DNA from: an uncultured Cytophagales bacterium
GTDB taxonomy: Bacteria; Bacteroidota; Bacteroidia; Cytophagales; Spirosomataceae
Direction: 5' to 3'
Length of the DNA: 64,000 nt
Assembly: GCA_963826425.1 (NCBI GenBank)
Contig: CAWGWS010000002.1
Span: forward strand, 40,293-104,292
Below, piece after piece: positions 45,404-54,033 of the stretch (position 1 is the stretch's first letter; every line of letters starts with the position of its first letter). The notes beneath the pieces are model-generated. The model saw only the letters and a list, made by a program, of their open reading frames with translations, searched no databases and was not told the DNA's origin. Position numbers and translations under genes: made by a program.

Positions 45404-46153
45404 ATGGCTTTTACCTTCCTCACCGCCGAATGGCAACAGTTAATTTTTGCCAACTACGCCCTTGATCGCCGGGTGCTGGAGCCCCTCGTGCCCCCCGGTA
45501 CCGAGCTGGATACGTTTAATGACGTGTGCTACGGTAGTCTGGTGGGATTCTATTTTCAGCACGTTCGGATGCTGGGGGCCATCGCCGTTCCGTTTCACAC
45601 CGAGTTTGAAGAGTTTAACCTGCGCTTTTATGTCCGCCGAAAAACCGAACAGGGCTGGAAGCGGGGCGTAGTGTTCGTGAAAGAAATTGTGCCCAAGTTT
45701 GCCATTACGCAGGTAGCCAATACGCTCTACGGCGAACCCTACGAGACCCGGCCCATGCGCCACACCTGGCAGACCGATGACGACACCCAGCTGATTCAGT
45801 ACGACTGGAAGGTGGGCACCGACTGGAACCACATCCGGGTGCGGGCCGATAAAACCGGCCACGCGCTCGTACCGGACTCCGAAGAAGCGTTCATTACCGA
45901 ACATTATTGGGGCTATACCAAACGATCCGGCAACAAAACCTCTGAGTACGAAGTCGTGCATCCGCCATGGTCCATCTTTCCCGTGCAGGATTACAGCGTT
46001 CGGTGCGACGTAAAGACGCTGTATGGTGATTGCTTTGCGCCGTTTCTTGACCAGCCACCCAGTTCAGTTTTTCTGGCCGACGGTTCAGCGGTGTCCATTC
46101 GGTCGGGGGCCACGATCCGGGAGTCCAATGCCACCAATACGTCAACCAAATAG
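45404..46153 (+). CDS. DUF2071 (YqjF-like) domain protein
   Basis: The MAFTFLTAEWQQLIFANY start, the FNLRFYVRR region and the 249-aa size match my recollection of DUF2071 proteins. Confidence 0.75.
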   Translation: MAFTFLTAEWQQLIFANYALDRRVLEPLVPPGTELDTFNDVCYGSLVGFYFQHVRMLGAIAVPFHTEFEEFNLRFYVRRKTEQGWKRGVVFVKEIVPKFAITQVANTLYGEPYETRPMRHTWQTDDDTQLIQYDWKVGTDWNHIRVRADKTGHALVPDSEEAFITEHYWGYTKRSGNKTSEYEVVHPPWSIFPVQDYSVRCDVKTLYGDCFAPFLDQPPSSVFLADGSAVSIRSGATIRESNATNTSTK

Positions 46154-46250
46154 GAGGGCGCTGATACGCCTGATGCAACAACGAAGTACCAGCGAACAAC
46201 AGATGGCCGCCCGGTCGTTAACAGGTAGGGGAAGCCCACGTGAAGCTTGG

Positions 46251-46907
46251 TCAATACCAGGCAGAAACGGCGCTGAGGGGTTTGCGCTGAATGTCGGGAA
46301 CCTGCGCATCGGGCGCGGGAAAGCCGACCGGGAGCAACAGAAACGGCTTTTCGTTGGCGGGTCGGTCCAGAAGTTTGGTCAGAAAATCCATTGGGCTCGG
46401 CGTGTGCGTCAGCGACACCAGACCCGCGTTGTGAATGGCCGCCAGCAGAAACCCGACCGCCAGCCCCACCGATTCCGTGACATAATAATTCGGGTGCTTG
46501 TGCGTACCCTCAAATTCAAAGATGCGCCGGAAAATGATGATCAGCCAGGGGGCGGTTTCCAGAAAAGGCTTTCGCCAGTCAGTGCCCAGCGGGGCCAGAT
46601 CGGCCAGCCACTCGTCAGACATGCGCCCCTCGTAACTACGCTTCTCTTCGGCCTCGGCCGCTTCGCGAATCTGGCGCTTCAGGGCTGGATTACCCACTAC
46701 ACAAAATGTCCAGGGTTGTTTATGGGCACCCGACGGGGCCGTTGACGCCGTCTGAATAAGGGACTCGATAACCGCGCGGGGTACGGGCTGGTCTGAAAAG
46801 TCGCGGAGGCTGCGCCGGGTGTTCATGAATTGAAAGAAGTCCTGACTCCGCTGGCGCAGGTCAGCTTCGTGGGGCAGCAAGGGTGGGGTATACGAAATAA
46901 ATGCCAT
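46251..46907 (-). CDS. Nitroreductase-superfamily flavoprotein, iodotyrosine deiodinase (IYD)-like
   Basis: RRSLRDFSDQPVP, TAPSGAHKQPWTF, the lid region EEKRSYEGRMSDEWLADL...DWRKPFLETAPWLIIIF, and C-terminal LLPVGFPAPDAQVPDIQRKPL closely parallel the animal IYD sequence as I recall it. Confidence 0.83.
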   Translation of the reverse strand: MAFISYTPPLLPHEADLRQRSQDFFQFMNTRRSLRDFSDQPVPRAVIESLIQTASTAPSGAHKQPWTFCVVGNPALKRQIREAAEAEEKRSYEGRMSDEWLADLAPLGTDWRKPFLETAPWLIIIFRRIFEFEGTHKHPNYYVTESVGLAVGFLLAAIHNAGLVSLTHTPSPMDFLTKLLDRPANEKPFLLLPVGFPAPDAQVPDIQRKPLSAVSAWY

Positions 46908-46931
46908 CGGGCGAAACTACAACCCCCGGCC

Positions 46932-46972
46932 GGAAAACGAAGCGGTCCATCCCAAAAAGGGATGGACCGCTT
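46932..46972 (-). terminator. Intrinsic terminator after the DUF4142 gene
   Basis: AAGCGGTCCATCCC (46940-46953), loop AAAAA, GGGATGGACCGCTT (46959-46972). The minus-strand continues CGUUUUCC. Confidence 0.65.
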
Positions 46973-46990
46973 TCATGGGCTGGATGCCGC

Positions 46991-47560
46991 TTAGTCGCGC
47001 CGGTCTTCAATGGTTTTGATTTTGTCGAGGTGCATCTGAAGCGTTGGCAGTGTTTTGGCGGCAAAAGCTTTCAACTCGGCATCGTCATTATCGTCGGCGG
47101 CTTCCTTGAACAGATCGACCGTTTTCTGATGGCTGCTGAGCATCTTGTCCACGTACTTCTTGTTAAAGTCAGTACCGCTCAGTTTAGCCATGTCGTTATA
47201 GGCTTCCTGGTTGTCTTCTCCGAGCGTGGCAGGTAGCGTAATATTCTTCTGAGCGGCCAAAGCCTTTAGGTCCTCATTCGCTTTCTTGTGATCTTCAACC
47301 ATCATGCTGGCATATTCGCGTATGGCCGGGGTAGGGTCTTTCTGAAGGGCCAGCTCAGACAACTGGACTTCAAGCATACCGCCGTTGGCTGCCATTACAG
47401 CAAACTCGGTCTTGTCGTCGTCCATGCCGGTTCCCCGGTCTTCCTTCATCTCGTTGGCTTCTTCCGCGTTTTCGACGCTGTCGGTTTCTTTTTTGTTGTC
47501 ACCGCAGGATTGCAGAGAAAGGGCGCTGGCCAAAAATAAGGCTAATAGGAGCTTGTTCAT
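46991..47560 (-). CDS. DUF4142 domain lipoprotein
   Basis: Lipobox MNKLLLALFLASALSLQSC. Two helical repeats of the form F...A..GGM.EV.L..LA and H.K....L fit DUF4142. Confidence 0.8.
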   Translation of the reverse strand: MNKLLLALFLASALSLQSCGDNKKETDSVENAEEANEMKEDRGTGMDDDKTEFAVMAANGGMLEVQLSELALQKDPTPAIREYASMMVEDHKKANEDLKALAAQKNITLPATLGEDNQEAYNDMAKLSGTDFNKKYVDKMLSSHQKTVDLFKEAADDNDDAELKAFAAKTLPTLQMHLDKIKTIEDRRD

Positions 47561-47658
47561 ATCGTTGACTGGTTTATTATATAGATTGGTTTAGGTAGCT
47601 TAACCAAGAACTGCCCGTTTCGTCCTGGTCATTCCCGATTTTCTGATGGTGCGGGCCA

Positions 47659-47994
47659 CTACCGAATCGAGTCGCGTCTGGCTTTGCTGCGCACGGCCCT
47701 GGTGTTGGAACGGCGGGCCGGGGTGCCCGCTTTACCGGCCGGGGTAACGACCGCATCGCCGGGCGATCTGGCCTTGTTCTTTTTCTTGTCGGGGTTTACG
47801 CGTTTGCCAATGATATAGCCACTCGATGCGCCATCGTCAGCCACGGTCATGCTCTTGGGGCTGCCTGGTAGTGCGTAGTCGGTTTTGGTAACCGTAGCCG
47901 GTTGACCAGTGGTTAATACCTGGGCGTGACTCTGGTAAACGAGGCCCAGCAGCAACGTTGTAATGAATACGGGTAATGTTCTCATAGTGCTCAT
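47659..47994 (-). CDS. Hypothetical small secreted protein with a basic C-terminus
   Basis: The internal ATG at 47994 gives the signal peptide MSTMRTLPVFITTLLLGLVYQSHAQ. It is short and of low complexity, so coding status is uncertain. Confidence 0.5.
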   Translation of the reverse strand: MSTMRTLPVFITTLLLGLVYQSHAQVLTTGQPATVTKTDYALPGSPKSMTVADDGASSGYIIGKRVNPDKKKNKARSPGDAVVTPAGKAGTPARRSNTRAVRSKARRDSIR

Positions 47995-48168
47995 AGTTGG
48001 TATAATCAGATAAACAATCGAAAAGCCGTATAGTCCTGATCGGGGCAAAAAAAGCCGAAACCGGAAGCACAGTACAACACAGGAAAAGCGGTAGAAGTAA
48101 GCCTGCCCCTTCTTTGTATCGTATATTACCGCCTAATCAGAGTCGTCTGCTTTTTATTTATAGTCTCT

Positions 48169-49914
48169 ATGAACTCGTTTCACCTTAATCACGCCCCCAC
48201 CGAGTACGATGTTGCCATTGTAGGTTCCGGCGCCGGGGGCGGTATGGCCGCTTATACACTGGCCAAAGCCGGTGCTAAAGTGCTGCTGCTCGAAGCGGGC
48301 GGTTACTTTGACCCCGCCGATCCAAAATACATTACGCAGCTGAAATGGCCGTATGAATCGCCCCGGCGCGGGGCAGGAACCACGCGGGCATTTGGTGACT
48401 TTGACGCAGCCTGGGGTGGTTGGGAGATTGAGGGCGAACCCTATACCACGGTTAAGGACACCGAATTTCACTGGTTTCGCTCGCGCATGCTGGGTGGCCG
48501 TACCAACCACTGGGGCCGTATTTCGCTTCGCTTTGCGCCGGACGATTTTCGGCGCAAAACCATGACCGGTGTGGGCGAAGACTGGCCTATTGGCTATAAC
48601 GATATCAGCCCATTCTACGACCGGGTCGATAAACTGATTGGCGTGTTTGGGTCGAAAGAAGGGATGGAAAGTGAGCCGGATGGCTTTTTTCTGCCCCCGC
48701 CCAAGCCCCGTCTGCATGAGCTGATGATTCGCAAAGGTGCCCGCAGCATTGGTATTCCCGTTATTCCGTCGCGGCTCAGTATCCTGACCAAACCCATTAA
48801 CGACGAGCGGGGCGCGTGCTTTTACTGCTCCCAGTGCGGCCGGGCCTGCCAGGCGTATGCCGACTTTTCGTCGTCGTCGGTGCTGGTCAAGCCCGCGCTC
48901 AAAACGGGTAACGTTACCCTGATCAACGGCGCCATGGTGCGCGAAGTAACTACCGACCCGGCTACCGGTCTGGCTACCGGGGTGAACTACATCGACAAAG
49001 CCACGATGGACGATGTGAAGATCAAGGCTAAAGTTGTGATTCTGGCTGCCAGCACCGGCGAAACGGCCCGGTTGCTGCTTAACTCCAAATCAAGTCGGTT
49101 CCCGCAGGGACTGGCCAACAGCAGCGGGGTAATCGGGAAATACATCAATGACTCGACGGGTGCCAGCCGCTCCGCGTTCATTCCGGCTCTGATGGATCGT
49201 AAACGCTACAATGAGGACGGCGTAGGCGGTATGCACGTATTTACCCCCTGGTGGCTCGACAACAAAAAGCTGGACTTCCCGCGCGGTTACCACATTGAGT
49301 ACTGGGGCGGCATGGGTATGCCTGCCTACGGCTTCGGCTGGGGTGTTGAGGCCATGAACGGCATGATTGCCGCCCGCGATGGCAGCAAGAAACCCGGTGG
49401 CGGCTACGGTGCGGGCCTGAAAGACGACTTCCGGCGGTTCTACGGTGCCTATGTTGGCATGGCTGGCCGGGGAGAACCCGTTCCGCTCGAAAGCAACTAC
49501 TGCGAAATTGACCCGAACGTAGTCGACAAATACGGCATTCCGGTGCTGCGCTTCAATTACAAATGGGGCGACTACGAGATCAAACAGGCCAAACACATGC
49601 AGGATACCTTCGAGGAAATTATTCACTCGATGGGGGGGATTGCGCTTGGTACCAAACCCAATGCCAGCAACAACTATGGTCTGGCCGAGCCGGGCAAAAT
49701 CATTCACGAGGTCGGTACCGTCCGCATGGGCAACGACCCCAAAAATTCGGCCCTGAATAAGTATCAGCAGGCGCACGACGTGAAAAACCTGTTTGTGGTC
49801 GATGCGGCTGCGTTCCCGTCGCAGGGCGACAAAAACGTGACGTGGACCATTCTGGCGGCCTCCATGCGCACCAGCGAGTACTTATTTGATCAGGTCAAAA
49901 AGAAGAACATATAA
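48169..49914 (+). CDS. GMC family FAD-dependent oxidoreductase (gluconate 2-dehydrogenase flavoprotein-like)
   Basis: YDVAIVGSGAGGGMAAYTLAKAGAKVLLLEAG (FAD fold), the RMLGGRTNHWG motif, and C-terminal HEVGTVRMG and NLFVVDAAAFPS. Confidence 0.9.
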   Translation: MNSFHLNHAPTEYDVAIVGSGAGGGMAAYTLAKAGAKVLLLEAGGYFDPADPKYITQLKWPYESPRRGAGTTRAFGDFDAAWGGWEIEGEPYTTVKDTEFHWFRSRMLGGRTNHWGRISLRFAPDDFRRKTMTGVGEDWPIGYNDISPFYDRVDKLIGVFGSKEGMESEPDGFFLPPPKPRLHELMIRKGARSIGIPVIPSRLSILTKPINDERGACFYCSQCGRACQAYADFSSSSVLVKPALKTGNVTLINGAMVREVTTDPATGLATGVNYIDKATMDDVKIKAKVVILAASTGETARLLLNSKSSRFPQGLANSSGVIGKYINDSTGASRSAFIPALMDRKRYNEDGVGGMHVFTPWWLDNKKLDFPRGYHIEYWGGMGMPAYGFGWGVEAMNGMIAARDGSKKPGGGYGAGLKDDFRRFYGAYVGMAGRGEPVPLESNYCEIDPNVVDKYGIPVLRFNYKWGDYEIKQAKHMQDTFEEIIHSMGGIALGTKPNASNNYGLAEPGKIIHEVGTVRMGNDPKNSALNKYQQAHDVKNLFVVDAAAFPSQGDKNVTWTILAASMRTSEYLFDQVKKKNI

Positions 49915-49916
49915 CG

Positions 49917-50555
49917 ATGAAACGCAGAGACACCCTCAAAGCTATTTCGCTGACCGGTTTTGGCCTGGCCGTTACGCCCGTCGAAGCCGCCGTACCCGCC
50001 CCACCAACCCCTAAACCGCTTAAGATTCCGGGGGGACGGCAGAAGTTTGAAGCCGAGCGCGATGCTAAACTCATGGCTGATAAATTTTTCACGCCCCACG
50101 AGTTGCAAACCGTTACAGTCTTGTCAGACATCATCATTCCGGCCGATGCCAAATCGGGGAGTGCGTCGCAGGCAGGCGTTCCGGCGTTCATCGAGTTTAT
50201 GATGAAAGACCAGCCGACCAACCAGACACCCATGCGGGGTGGGCTGCGCTGGCTCGACAATACCAGCACCCGCCTGTTCGGCAAGGATTTCGTAACCTGT
50301 ACCAAAGCCCAGCAAATCCAGCTCGTTGATCAGATTGCCTATCCCAAACTGGCCAAGCCCGATATGACCCAGGGAGCGTCGTTTTTCTCGATGATGCGCA
50401 ACCTGACCGCCACCGGTTTTTATACCAGCAAGATGGGGATCGAAGACATCGGCTACATCGGCAACGTACCTAATCAGTGGAACGGCGTTCCGGATGACGT
50501 GCTGAAGCAGTACGGGCTGGCTTACGAAGAACGCGAAATTGCCGGATACGAATAA
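49917..50555 (+). CDS. Gluconate 2-dehydrogenase subunit 3 family protein (Tat signal)
   Basis: It starts 2 nt after the GMC gene. It has the twin-Arg signal MKRRDTLKAISLTGFGLAV and the family motif FFTPHELQTVTVLSDIIIPAD. Confidence 0.85.
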   Translation: MKRRDTLKAISLTGFGLAVTPVEAAVPAPPTPKPLKIPGGRQKFEAERDAKLMADKFFTPHELQTVTVLSDIIIPADAKSGSASQAGVPAFIEFMMKDQPTNQTPMRGGLRWLDNTSTRLFGKDFVTCTKAQQIQLVDQIAYPKLAKPDMTQGASFFSMMRNLTATGFYTSKMGIEDIGYIGNVPNQWNGVPDDVLKQYGLAYEEREIAGYE

Positions 50556-50578
50556 AGCTTGCCTGTGCTAATCAGATA

Positions 50579-50619
50579 CCAAAAAGCCCCCCCGTTGATG
50601 AAACGGGGCGGCTTTTTGG
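50579..50619. terminator. Bidirectional terminator (GMC operon / convergent cob operon)
   Basis: AAAAAGCCCCCCCGTT (50581-50596) pairs with AACGGGGCGGCTTTTT (50602-50617) with one mismatch. The A and T runs are built into the stem ends. Confidence 0.7.
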
Positions 50620-50639
50620 TAGGGGGTAGCACGGTACGG

Positions 50640-51188
50640 CTATTTCTCGACCCGGATCGGGCGTAGTTTGCCGTAACGTTGCTGAAGCAGGTAGTAGCCG
50701 CCAAAAAGCAATCCACTGAAGAACAGATCGCCGAAGAGACCGTTCAGGAAGAACGATGTGCCATCATAAAAGGCCAGCCCCGATACGTAGCAGCCCAGTA
50801 GTCCGGCTCCGGTTTGCGGATAGAAGCTGCTGCCGTACCAAACGGCGAAGTTGGTAATCAGAAAAAACAGTACTGACGACGTAACGGACGCGGCTGCAAT
50901 CGTACCAACGTTGGGTTTGCGGAGCATCGACAGGCCGATCAGCCAGGTCAGGCCGAAGCTGAAATAGACCGCGTTCATGCTGCCATGAAAGCCAATCAGG
51001 GCGTCGCTCAGCAACATAGCCAGCACTGGAATGGCCAGGCCAAGCCATTTGCGCTCAAACGTGGCGGCACCAAACAGGGCCAGAGCCGCAATGGGGGTGA
51101 AGTTGGGCCAGTGGGGCAGGAGCCGGAACAGAGCCGTTGCCAGTATAATGGAAGTCAGCGTAATCAGGCGAATTTGCAGCGGTTTCAT
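50640..51188 (-). CDS. DUF6580 family putative transporter component
   Basis: 182 aa with about 6 TM helices. The N-terminal pattern LFRLLPHWPNFTPIAALALFGAA is as I recall for DUF6580. It is the last gene of the cobT-cobS-cobC operon (2-nt gap). Confidence 0.72.
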   Translation of the reverse strand: MKPLQIRLITLTSIILATALFRLLPHWPNFTPIAALALFGAATFERKWLGLAIPVLAMLLSDALIGFHGSMNAVYFSFGLTWLIGLSMLRKPNVGTIAAASVTSSVLFFLITNFAVWYGSSFYPQTGAGLLGCYVSGLAFYDGTSFFLNGLFGDLFFSGLLFGGYYLLQQRYGKLRPIRVEK

Positions 51189-51189
51189 A

Positions 51190-51861
51190 TTATCGGTTGA
51201 TGTATTGTATCGTATAATGCGGTTCGGCCTGGGTTGGCCCGGCTTGGGTCAGTCCACTCACGGTTAGTTTCGTAACCGCCCCGTAGTCGAGGTTGAGCCG
51301 GTAAGCGTTTTGCAAAGATAAACCCAGAAACAGACACAGCAAAGCCCGAATGACGCCCCCGTGTGCCACGACCAGGATCGGGTGGCTGTCCGGTGCGTCG
51401 GCCAGGGGCAGAACCTGCTCCTGCCAGAAGGCCCCCACCCGGTCAAAGACCGCCGAAAAATTCTCGCCATTGGGCGTAGCAACGTGTACAAAGTCGGCCA
51501 TCCAGTGGTCAAGGGCTGCGCGGTCAATAGCGGCCCAGGGAATCATTTCCCAGTCGCCAAATGCGAATTCTTTCAGCCGGTCGTCAAAGCGAACGGTGGG
51601 CCGGTGGGCATCCACCAGCGCCGTCTGCCCCGGTGCAGTCTCGACCTGACTACCTCCGCTCAGGCCCGCAGCGAGGTCATTGGCCAGCCGGCGGCAGCGG
51701 GTCAGGGGCGAGGAGAAAATGGCCGATACCTCGTCGGGCAGGTGCGTGAGCAGCCGGTCGCGCTGTTCGGGATACGTATCGGCCAGGTCAACGTCGGTTT
51801 GCCCGTAGGCTACGCTGCGCCCCACGGCTACTTCGGTGTGTCGAATCAGGTAAATGTCCAT
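51190..51861 (-). CDS. cobC: Alpha-ribazole phosphatase (histidine phosphatase family)
   Basis: MDIYLIRHTEV (RHG motif region) and VVAHGGVIRAL are present, in cob operon context. Confidence 0.85.
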   Translation of the reverse strand: MDIYLIRHTEVAVGRSVAYGQTDVDLADTYPEQRDRLLTHLPDEVSAIFSSPLTRCRRLANDLAAGLSGGSQVETAPGQTALVDAHRPTVRFDDRLKEFAFGDWEMIPWAAIDRAALDHWMADFVHVATPNGENFSAVFDRVGAFWQEQVLPLADAPDSHPILVVAHGGVIRALLCLFLGLSLQNAYRLNLDYGAVTKLTVSGLTQAGPTQAEPHYTIQYINR

Positions 51862-51942
51862 AGAACGGATAAAGGGTAGCGGAAAGGGGAGGAGAAAGGC
51901 CGGGACAGCGATTGAAAGCTATACACCGGCATTTGTACTTCT

Positions 51943-52740
51943 CTAAATTGAAATCCAGAGCAGGGAGACGAATGATAGATAAACCACCACTTCGGTGAGT
52001 TGTTGTACCGTGCCGAGGCAGTCGCCGGTGTAGCCGCCGAGCCATTTTTTAAAGAAGTGAATCAGCCGCCAGCGAACTAGCACCAGTGGAATCAAAAACA
52101 GCAGATAAATCCACAGCCCCGTGTAGGCTACCAGAGCCAGCAGCGGGGCCAGCCCAAACAGGGCGGCAATGGTCAACTGCCCCGGTGTAATGCCCTGGGC
52201 AATGGGTTTGGCTTTGCCGGCCGGCATTCCGGGGTCCTGGTCCTCGCGGGCGTAGGGGAGGGCGCGGATGACGGTGGCGGCTGTCAGGCGGCTCAGGCTG
52301 TGGGCCGCTACGTATTTCAGGGCCACCGCCCAGCCAAAGGCTTCGACGGTGAGCATGGCCTGAAGCGCGAAAAACTTAACCGCCAGCAGCAACCCCAGCC
52401 CAATGGTGCCGTAGGTACCAAGTCGGCTGTCTTTCATGATGTTTAGAATCTGCATCCTGTTCCAGCCGCCCCCGAATCCATCGCAAACGTCGGCAAAACC
52501 ATCTTCGTGAAAGGCCCCGGTGGCCCAGACCGTAGCAATCATACTGAACAGAATGGGCAGGTAGGTGGGGGGGAACAGCAGCGTGCCGAGCCAGTAAATG
52601 CCTACGCCAATGCTCCCCACGATCCAGCCAATGAGCGGAAAGTATTTGGTAGCCCGGTTCAGCGCATCGGCTGAATGGTCAATGGATTTCGGAACCGGAA
52701 TCCGGGTGTAAAACATCAGGGCAGTGTAAAACAGGCGCAT
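51943..52740 (-). CDS. cobS: Adenosylcobinamide-GDP ribazoletransferase (cobalamin synthase)
   Basis: FYTRIPVP, YFPLIGW, HEDGFADVCDG and GYTGDCLG are CobS motifs in a polytopic membrane protein. Confidence 0.9.
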   Translation of the reverse strand: MRLFYTALMFYTRIPVPKSIDHSADALNRATKYFPLIGWIVGSIGVGIYWLGTLLFPPTYLPILFSMIATVWATGAFHEDGFADVCDGFGGGWNRMQILNIMKDSRLGTYGTIGLGLLLAVKFFALQAMLTVEAFGWAVALKYVAAHSLSRLTAATVIRALPYAREDQDPGMPAGKAKPIAQGITPGQLTIAALFGLAPLLALVAYTGLWIYLLFLIPLVLVRWRLIHFFKKWLGGYTGDCLGTVQQLTEVVVYLSFVSLLWISI

Positions 52741-52758
52741 TTTTTTAGGGGGTCAACC

Positions 52759-53751
52759 TCATAAACTATCCATATTGGCCATGTCGTTGAGCATGTTCAC
52801 GGCGGCCTGCACTAGCGGGTAGGCGAGGGCGCAGCCGGTTCCTTCGCCCAGCCGCAGGCCGAGGTCTAAGAGGGGTTTGGCGCCCAGAAATTCCAGCATG
52901 AGCCGGTGGCCCGCTTCGTCGGACTGGTGACAGAAGATGCAGTTGTCCAGCACGGCGGGGTTCATGGCCTGTGCTACCAACAGAGCCGCCGTGGCAATAA
53001 ATCCGTCGATCAGAATAATCATATCGTTTTCACGCGCCTGAAGCATACCGCCCGCGATGGCCGCAATCTCCAGCCCGCCCACATCGGCGAGGATAGCGAG
53101 TGGGTTGGTCAGGAAAGGGGCGCGGTTGGCTACGGTTTGCAGGATGGCGAGCTTACGGGCCAGTCCGGCATCATCCATGCCCGTGCCGCGGCCCACGCAC
53201 TGAGACAAAGGAATACCGGTAAACCGGTGCATCAGCAACGAGGCCGCCGAGGTGTTGCCAATGCCCATCTCGCCGAAGCCCACAACGGTACAGTCGCGGT
53301 ATCTAACACCGTTAACCAGCGTTTTCCCGGCATCCTGGGCCGCTTCGCATTCGTCGGTAGTCATGGCCGGTTCATGGCGCATGTTCCGCGTACCGGGCCG
53401 GATTTTGTATTTTACGAGCTGGTCGGTCCCGGTATCGAAGGTGCCGTTGACACCCACATCGCAGACAAGCAGGTTCAGGCCGTTCTGCCGGCAGAAGACG
53501 TTGATGGCCGCGCCCCCGGCCATAAAATTATGCACCATACCGTGCGTAACGCTGGCCGGGTACGCGCTCACACCCTCGGCCGCAAGGCCATGATCGGCGG
53601 CAAAGACGAGCAGGTACGGATTCCTGAGAACGGGCGTCTCGGTTTGCTGAATGCGCGCAATCTGAAGGGCGAGGGCTTCGAGCTGACCAAGTGCGCCTGG
53701 GGGTTTGGTTTTGTTGTCGATCCGTTGCCGGATGCGGGATTCGAGAGTCAT
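52759..53751 (-). CDS. cobT: Nicotinate-nucleotide--dimethylbenzimidazole phosphoribosyltransferase
   Basis: KTKPPGALGQLE, VFAADHG, GGAAINV, GEMGIGNTS and the C-terminal GEGTG are CobT motifs. Confidence 0.92.
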   Translation of the reverse strand: MTLESRIRQRIDNKTKPPGALGQLEALALQIARIQQTETPVLRNPYLLVFAADHGLAAEGVSAYPASVTHGMVHNFMAGGAAINVFCRQNGLNLLVCDVGVNGTFDTGTDQLVKYKIRPGTRNMRHEPAMTTDECEAAQDAGKTLVNGVRYRDCTVVGFGEMGIGNTSAASLLMHRFTGIPLSQCVGRGTGMDDAGLARKLAILQTVANRAPFLTNPLAILADVGGLEIAAIAGGMLQARENDMIILIDGFIATAALLVAQAMNPAVLDNCIFCHQSDEAGHRLMLEFLGAKPLLDLGLRLGEGTGCALAYPLVQAAVNMLNDMANMDSL

Positions 53752-53776
53752 AGCGCAAAAGTCGGTGTGAATGGAA

Positions 53777-53812
53777 CGCGGATGACGCGGATGCTGCGGA
53801 TTAATTCGGATT
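53777..53812. repeat. Four tandem 9-nt units (nGCGGATnn) 26-61 nt upstream of the cobT start
   Basis: CGCGGATGA (53777-53785), CGCGGATGC (53786-53794), TGCGGATTA (53795-53803) and ATTCGGATT (53804-53812). Confidence 0.6.
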
Positions 53813-54033
53813 TTATTTGTTCACCGGTTCCGCATCGCACCATTGATCCCGCTGGCTGTTTATTCGCTGGCCAATTCTTACCGCCGTTGAGTACTGTTTG
53901 TGAACTGGCACGTATAGAAATGTAAATAGTAGGCTTCGGTCTGGCTCATTTCTGAGTCTTTTTTTCGCGTTCTGAATATCTTTGTCCATTACCCATCGCT
54001 CCGGCTAACTACCCGCTCTCCCTGCCACCGACC

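Noticed and set aside
52906-53925. 339-aa ORF antisense to cobT
   Set aside because: It is a shadow ORF; cobT on the minus strand is clear.
53813-53935. Possible cobalamin riboswitch upstream of cobT (minus strand)
   Set aside because: I see only loose matches (GGTGCGATGCGG, CGGCGGTAAGAA). I could not find the GCCACTG core or a proper B12 box, nor build the expected helices. It is kept as an open question in the findings, not called as a feature.
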